64,000 bases of DNA. It comes from an uncultured Verrucomicrobiae bacterium (GTDB taxonomy: Bacteria; Verrucomicrobiota; Verrucomicrobiia; Palsa-1439). The position numbers were made by a program, and so were the translations under genes. This document shows positions 59,845-64,000 of the stretch, piece by piece (within the stretch, counting starts at the first letter, position 1; each line of letters begins with the position of its first letter). The stretch spans positions 128,001 through 192,000 of the forward strand of contig CAWEWF010000005.1 of NCBI GenBank assembly GCA_963812605.1, given 5' to 3'. Under the pieces are notes generated by a model. That model saw only the letters and a list, made by a program, of their open reading frames with translations, was not told the DNA's origin and did not search any database.

Positions 59845-61203
59845 CTACGGAACCGTCGCTTCACCAACTCATTCATCTTGGTGACGAGGGCCTGGAGGTA
59901 GACGGTGGCTAGCTGGCCGTACTTGACTACGAGCTTGCCGTTGACGAGGACGAATTTGGCGCGGGGGGAGTGACAGAGGATCAAGGCGCCGAGCGGGTCC
60001 TGGGCGGCGGCGCCGGCGAACTCGATGGTGTTCAGGTCATAGATAGCGATGTCGGCGGCGGAGCCGGGGGCGATGTTGCCGAGTTCGCGTTCGCGGTTGA
60101 GCAAACGCGCGCCGCCGAGCGTGGCAATGCGCAAGGCGTCTTCGGCGGTGAAACTGTCCGCGCCGTTCTTCACGCGCTGAAGCAACAAGGCTTGGCGCGC
60201 TTCCGCGAGGACATGCGCGCCGTTGTTGCTCGATGAACCATCCACGCCGAGGCCGACCGTGGCGTTCGCTTTCAACATCTCGCAGACGGGCGGAATGCCG
60301 GAGCCGAGAATCATGTTCGACGACGGACAATGCGCGACGGCGGTCTTCGTGTCGGCGAGCAGCTTGATCTCGGCGGAGTTAGGCAAACGCAATGCGCCCA
60401 CGAGACGTCGGGGCCGACCCAGTCGGCGGCGACCATATAATCGGCAGGGCGTTTGCCGAATTTCTCGAGGCAGAATTTATTTTCGTCCTCCGTCTCGGCG
60501 ACATGGGTGTGACAGAGAACGTGATGCGACTTGGCGAGAGCGCGCGTGTCCTTCAACAAGTCGAACGTGATCGAGAAAGGGGAGCAGGGCATCAAGTCGA
60601 TCCGCGTCATCGCGTACGGCTTCGCGTCGTGGAATTTCCCGATGACACGTTCAGAGTCCTTCACGATGGCCGATTCATCCTGCACGACGTCATCGGGGGC
60701 AGGCCACCCTGGCTGCGTCCGAGCGACATCGAGCCGCGTCCCGCGTGGAGGCGCATGCCGAGTTCCGCCGCGCCTTCGATGACCGCCTCGGCTTTCACGT
60801 CGGATTCGCGCGGGTAGAGGTAGAACATGTCGTTGGTCGTCGTGCAACCCGAGAGCAGCATTTCCGCCATCGAGATTTGTGAGCCGAGCTTGACGGCTTC
60901 GTAATCGATGCGGCCCCAGACGTTGTAAAGCCCGAGCAACCAGTCGAAGAGCTTGGTGTTCTGCACGGGCTTCAGGCAGCGCGTGAGCGACTGGTACAGA
61001 TGGTGGTGCGTGTTGATCAAACCGGGAATCACCGCGCAGTTGGTCGCGTCGATGGTCTCGTCGGGTTGGAAATCGGCGGGCAACGTCGGCGTGACACCGA
61101 GAACGCGATTGTCCTCGATGAGGACGTGATGGTTTTCGAATTGTTCGACGCGTTGTTGCGTACTCCAGCGGATGACGTGGCCATTTTTGATGAGAAGCTT
61201 CAT
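59845..61203 (-). CDS. 8-oxoguanine deaminase / SsnA-like amidohydrolase (2-3 frameshifts; 3' end uncertain)
   Basis: PGLINTHHHLYQSLTR, SGCTT, PCSPFS, HTHVAET, WAHC, AHCPSSNMILGSG, GLGVDGSSSN, ATLGGA. Confidence 0.9.
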
Positions 61204-61348
61204 AAGGCGGCGCTATTTTTAAGCGCGGGACAAGGGACAAGGCAAAGGAATTCGGGGGGGAAAAATACTGGACAGGCCGGTTCCCATGCGCATACACTGC
61301 GGGTCAGGCGAACCGGCACCCGCGACAACTACGAAAAGGAGAACGATT

Positions 61349-61663
61349 ATGCGAAAAGCACTAGCGTCGTTGGCAGTGGGTGTATCAGCGATCATGTTGT
61401 TAGTAGGATGTGCAGGGGTAACACCGATGAACGGCAGCCTCTATACGGACTTGAAGGGGCCAGTCGCCGTCGGCGACGCAGCAGGGTCATCCAAGACGGG
61501 AACGGCGAAAGCGACCGCGATTATCGGCATTGCGACGGGCGATGCCAGCATTGCGACCGCGATGGCCAATGGGGGGATCACCAAGATCCACCACGTGGAT
61601 ACCCATGTGACGAATATCCTGGGGATCTACGCCACGTACGAAACAGTAGTCTACGGGGAATAA
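61349..61663 (+). CDS. TRL-like family lipoprotein
   Basis: RBS AAGGAG, lipobox LVGC; GSLYTD.KGP, SKTG.A.A..IIGIATGDASI..A..NGGITKIHHVD. Confidence 0.85.
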   Translation: MRKALASLAVGVSAIMLLVGCAGVTPMNGSLYTDLKGPVAVGDAAGSSKTGTAKATAIIGIATGDASIATAMANGGITKIHHVDTHVTNILGIYATYETVVYGE

Positions 61664-61771
61664 AAAGAAGCATTGCGTGCCGCGGGTGCCGATCGCCTTA
61701 TGTACCGCTGCGGGCAATGCAGAAGCGTGGCTCTCCACAATAGGGTGATGTCTTAATTTGCATCCGCCAAC

Positions 61772-61835
61772 TGTAGCCGAAGTGTAAGCTTCGGGAATCC
61801 GCATGGCTCCCACCGAAGCTTACGCTTCGGCTACA
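61772..61835. repeat. Intergenic inverted GTAG-family REP doublet
   Basis: TGTAGCCGAAGTGTAAGCTTCGG ... CCGAAGCTTACGCTTCGGCTACA. Confidence 0.88.
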
Positions 61836-61926
61836 AAACACGAACGATGGGCAATGCGGTAAATTAAGACCCTACCCACAATCGCGGCGCGTTGATTTTG
61901 TTACTCGCCGGCGGTACTATCGCGGG

Positions 61927-63171
61927 ATGGCCGTCCAACACATTTTGCATTTGCGCTGCGTCATTTGCGGCACGACGTATCCGGCCGGCAACCGTTACAC
62001 CTGCGACAAATGCGGCGTTACGGGTATCCTCGATGTCGAGTATGACTACGAGAAGGTGGCCAAGACGTTGACGCGCCACGCGCTGGCGCAACGCGCGCAG
62101 TGGCACTGGCGCTATGAGGAACTGCTCCCCGTCGATTTCTCGCTGCCGCTGCCGGCGTTGCAAATTGGTTGGACGCCGGTGTATCACGCGGACCGGCTCT
62201 CGGAATGGATCGGCGTACGCGACCTGTATATCAAGGACGACGGACGCAACCCGAGCGCGTCGTTCAAGGACCGGGCCAGTTCGGTCGGCGTGATGAAGGC
62301 CACGGAATACCGCGCCAGAACCATCGCGGCGGCATCGACGGGCAACGCGGCCTCGTCGCTGGCGTGTTTCGCGGCGGCGATTGGGATGCCGGCGGTCATC
62401 TTCGTACCGGAGAAAGCGCCCGAACCGAAGATCGCGCAGTTGCTCGTGTTTGGCGCGACGGTGGTCAAGGTCAAGGGCACGTACGATGTGGCGTATGACT
62501 TTTGCATGGACGCTTGCGCAAAATATGGTTGGTACAATCGCAATTGCGCGATCAATTCCTATCTTGTCGAAGGCAAGAAAACCTGCGGGCTGGAGATCGC
62601 CGAGCAGTTTGCCGACATGATGCCCGATTGGGTGTGCTTGAGCGTGGGGGACGGCTGCACGATTGCGGGCGTATGGAAAGGGATCCGCGAGATGTTCCAT
62701 CTGGGTTTCATCAAGAAACTGCCGCGCATGCTGGGCGTCCAGGCGACGGGCTGCAAGCCGGTGGCGGATGCGTTTCATGCCGACAAGGACGTGGTTCCCG
62801 TGGATGGCGTCACCCGCGCGGATAGTATCAATTGCGGGACGCCCCGCAACTGGCGCAAAGCCGTGCATGCCTTGCGGGAGTCGCGGGGCGAAATCGTGGC
62901 GGTGTCGGATGCCGAGATCATGGAAGCGATGAACAAGACGGCGCGGTTGAGCGCGGTGTTCGGCGAACCGAGTGGCGCTGCGAGCGTTGCCGGTGTCAAG
63001 CGGGCGATTGCGGACGGGATCATCAAGAAGAATGAAAGCGTTTGTGCCGTGATTACGGGCAATGGCTTGAAGGATGTGAAAGCCGCCATCGAGACGGCGG
63101 GGACGGCGATCAACATTGCGGCGGATTTGGCGGCGCTGGATGGGGAATTGAAGAAGCGCGGCGCTTTGTAG
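61927..63171 (+). CDS. thrC: Threonine synthase-like PLP enzyme
   Basis: LRCVICG..Y...CDKCG, WRYEELLP, GWTP, KDDGRNPSASFKDR, ASTGNAASS, EGKKT, VGDG, ITGNGLKD. Confidence 0.85.
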   Translation: MAVQHILHLRCVICGTTYPAGNRYTCDKCGVTGILDVEYDYEKVAKTLTRHALAQRAQWHWRYEELLPVDFSLPLPALQIGWTPVYHADRLSEWIGVRDLYIKDDGRNPSASFKDRASSVGVMKATEYRARTIAAASTGNAASSLACFAAAIGMPAVIFVPEKAPEPKIAQLLVFGATVVKVKGTYDVAYDFCMDACAKYGWYNRNCAINSYLVEGKKTCGLEIAEQFADMMPDWVCLSVGDGCTIAGVWKGIREMFHLGFIKKLPRMLGVQATGCKPVADAFHADKDVVPVDGVTRADSINCGTPRNWRKAVHALRESRGEIVAVSDAEIMEAMNKTARLSAVFGEPSGAASVAGVKRAIADGIIKKNESVCAVITGNGLKDVKAAIETAGTAINIAADLAALDGELKKRGAL

Positions 63172-63327
63172 TCCAATGTCCACCTGGGGATTGTCGTCGT
63201 GCTGGCCGGTGTGTGGGCGACTTACTGGCAATGATGGCTGGGGCGCGCGACGGCCGCTCCCCAGGCTTGAGCGATTCCTGGTAGTCAACTGCGACTCTAC
63301 GCGAGTACTGTCTGGTTCCAACCCCCG

Positions 63328-63347
63328 TATGGGGTGAATACCCCATA
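63328..63347. promoter_or_regulatory. Palindromic putative transcription-factor site
   Basis: TATGGGGT-gaat-ACCCCATA, perfect 8-bp arms, intergenic. Confidence 0.5.
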
Positions 63348-63481
63348 GCGCCCACACGGCTTCCCAGTTTACCGTGCTGGCGTGAAAGCCATCACAAGCT
63401 GGAAGCATTGTCATTTGGCAATCTCATTATGCTCCGGGGACAGCAACGCGCTTTTGATTTACTGAACAGAAGGGCCATTTC

Positions 63482-63681
63482 ATGAATAGAACCAAATGCC
63501 TGGCGGGAAAAATCGGATTCGTTTTATGGGCGGCGCTTTTCGGGACGCTGACAGGGCGCACAACCCATGCGGCCGAGGTCTCGATGGGAAGGTGGAGTCC
63601 AAGCCGCTGGCCGAGCGGCCGGTAGCGGCCCGGCAACCAACCGAACAGAAAGACGGGAAAGACGAAGAGAAGAAGGACTAG
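63482..63681 (+). CDS. Small secreted hypothetical protein (1 probable frameshift)
   Basis: MNRTKCLAGKIGFVLWAALFGTLTGRTTHAAE signal peptide; joins the ...QKDGKDEEKKD* frame with one indel. Confidence 0.4.
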
Positions 63682-63708
63682 CGGGCCAAAATAATGTGAG
63701 GGATTGTC

Positions 63709-64000
63709 GTGAGCTATTGGCGCAAACGTAGCATCCTCAGTCACGGGCACTCAATTATATCGGGGACGGTCGTGTGTCTTTCCTGTTGGTCCGCCGTTCC
63801 GTCCGCTTCCGCGCAAGAATCTGCGTCGCCGTCCTTGATGGCCTCCCTGTCAGATTCCACGATTACGGCGGCGTCCAGCCGGACCAATAGCAACGAATGG
63901 ACCGACCGCCAGGCGCTTACCGTGCGTGAACCCCAACCGATGCTGCTGCCCGGCCGCAAGCCAACAAGCGCCGAGGTGTGGGAGCGTTTTGAGGCCGAAT
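63709..64000 (+). CDS. Secreted hypothetical protein (partial, runs off right edge)
   Basis: GTG after GAGGGA; open frame ...IISGTVVCLSCWSAVPSASA-QESASP... to the edge. Confidence 0.55.
   Translation, partial: MSYWRKRSILSHGHSIISGTVVCLSCWSAVPSASAQESASPSLMASLSDSTITAASSRTNSNEWTDRQALTVREPQPMLLPGRKPTSAEVWERFEAE

Overview
GC-rich (~60%) bacterial chromosomal segment. The gene repertoire is most consistent with a Verrucomicrobiota/PVC-type genome (inference). Many single-base frameshifts split otherwise intact genes, most likely unpolished long-read indels. Core content: Moco genes (mog, moaC, moaA), mnmA, ada, yebC, infA, a K+-independent membrane pyrophosphatase, tatD, lemA, a nucleotide-sugar dehydrogenase, LamG/GH50-type secreted proteins, and a manganese module (mntH-usp, mntR, divergent TonB-dependent receptor-tonB-exbB-exbD) with matching operator boxes. 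Purine-catabolism-like genes (short ygfK-like, PLP lyase, amidohydrolase, thrC-like) are dispersed. An accessory patch at 17.5-21.8 kb holds a complete IS1182, a ParE/RelE-type TA pair and a PD-(D/E)xK nuclease. No rRNA, tRNA or CRISPR array was found. Most notable observations: (1) an HsdR-N-like nuclease fused to an apparent SeqA-like methyl-adenine reader domain; (2) several REP-like palindrome families, two copies lying in-frame inside protein genes and one serving as the IS1182 target; (3) a ~250-bp boxed repeat in inverted orientation around a 6-kb segment; (4) an apparently MntR-controlled TonB-dependent uptake system; (5) a synonymously diverged duplicate gene 3' end flanking an orphan antitoxin-like gene. 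All family calls are by eye, without database searches.
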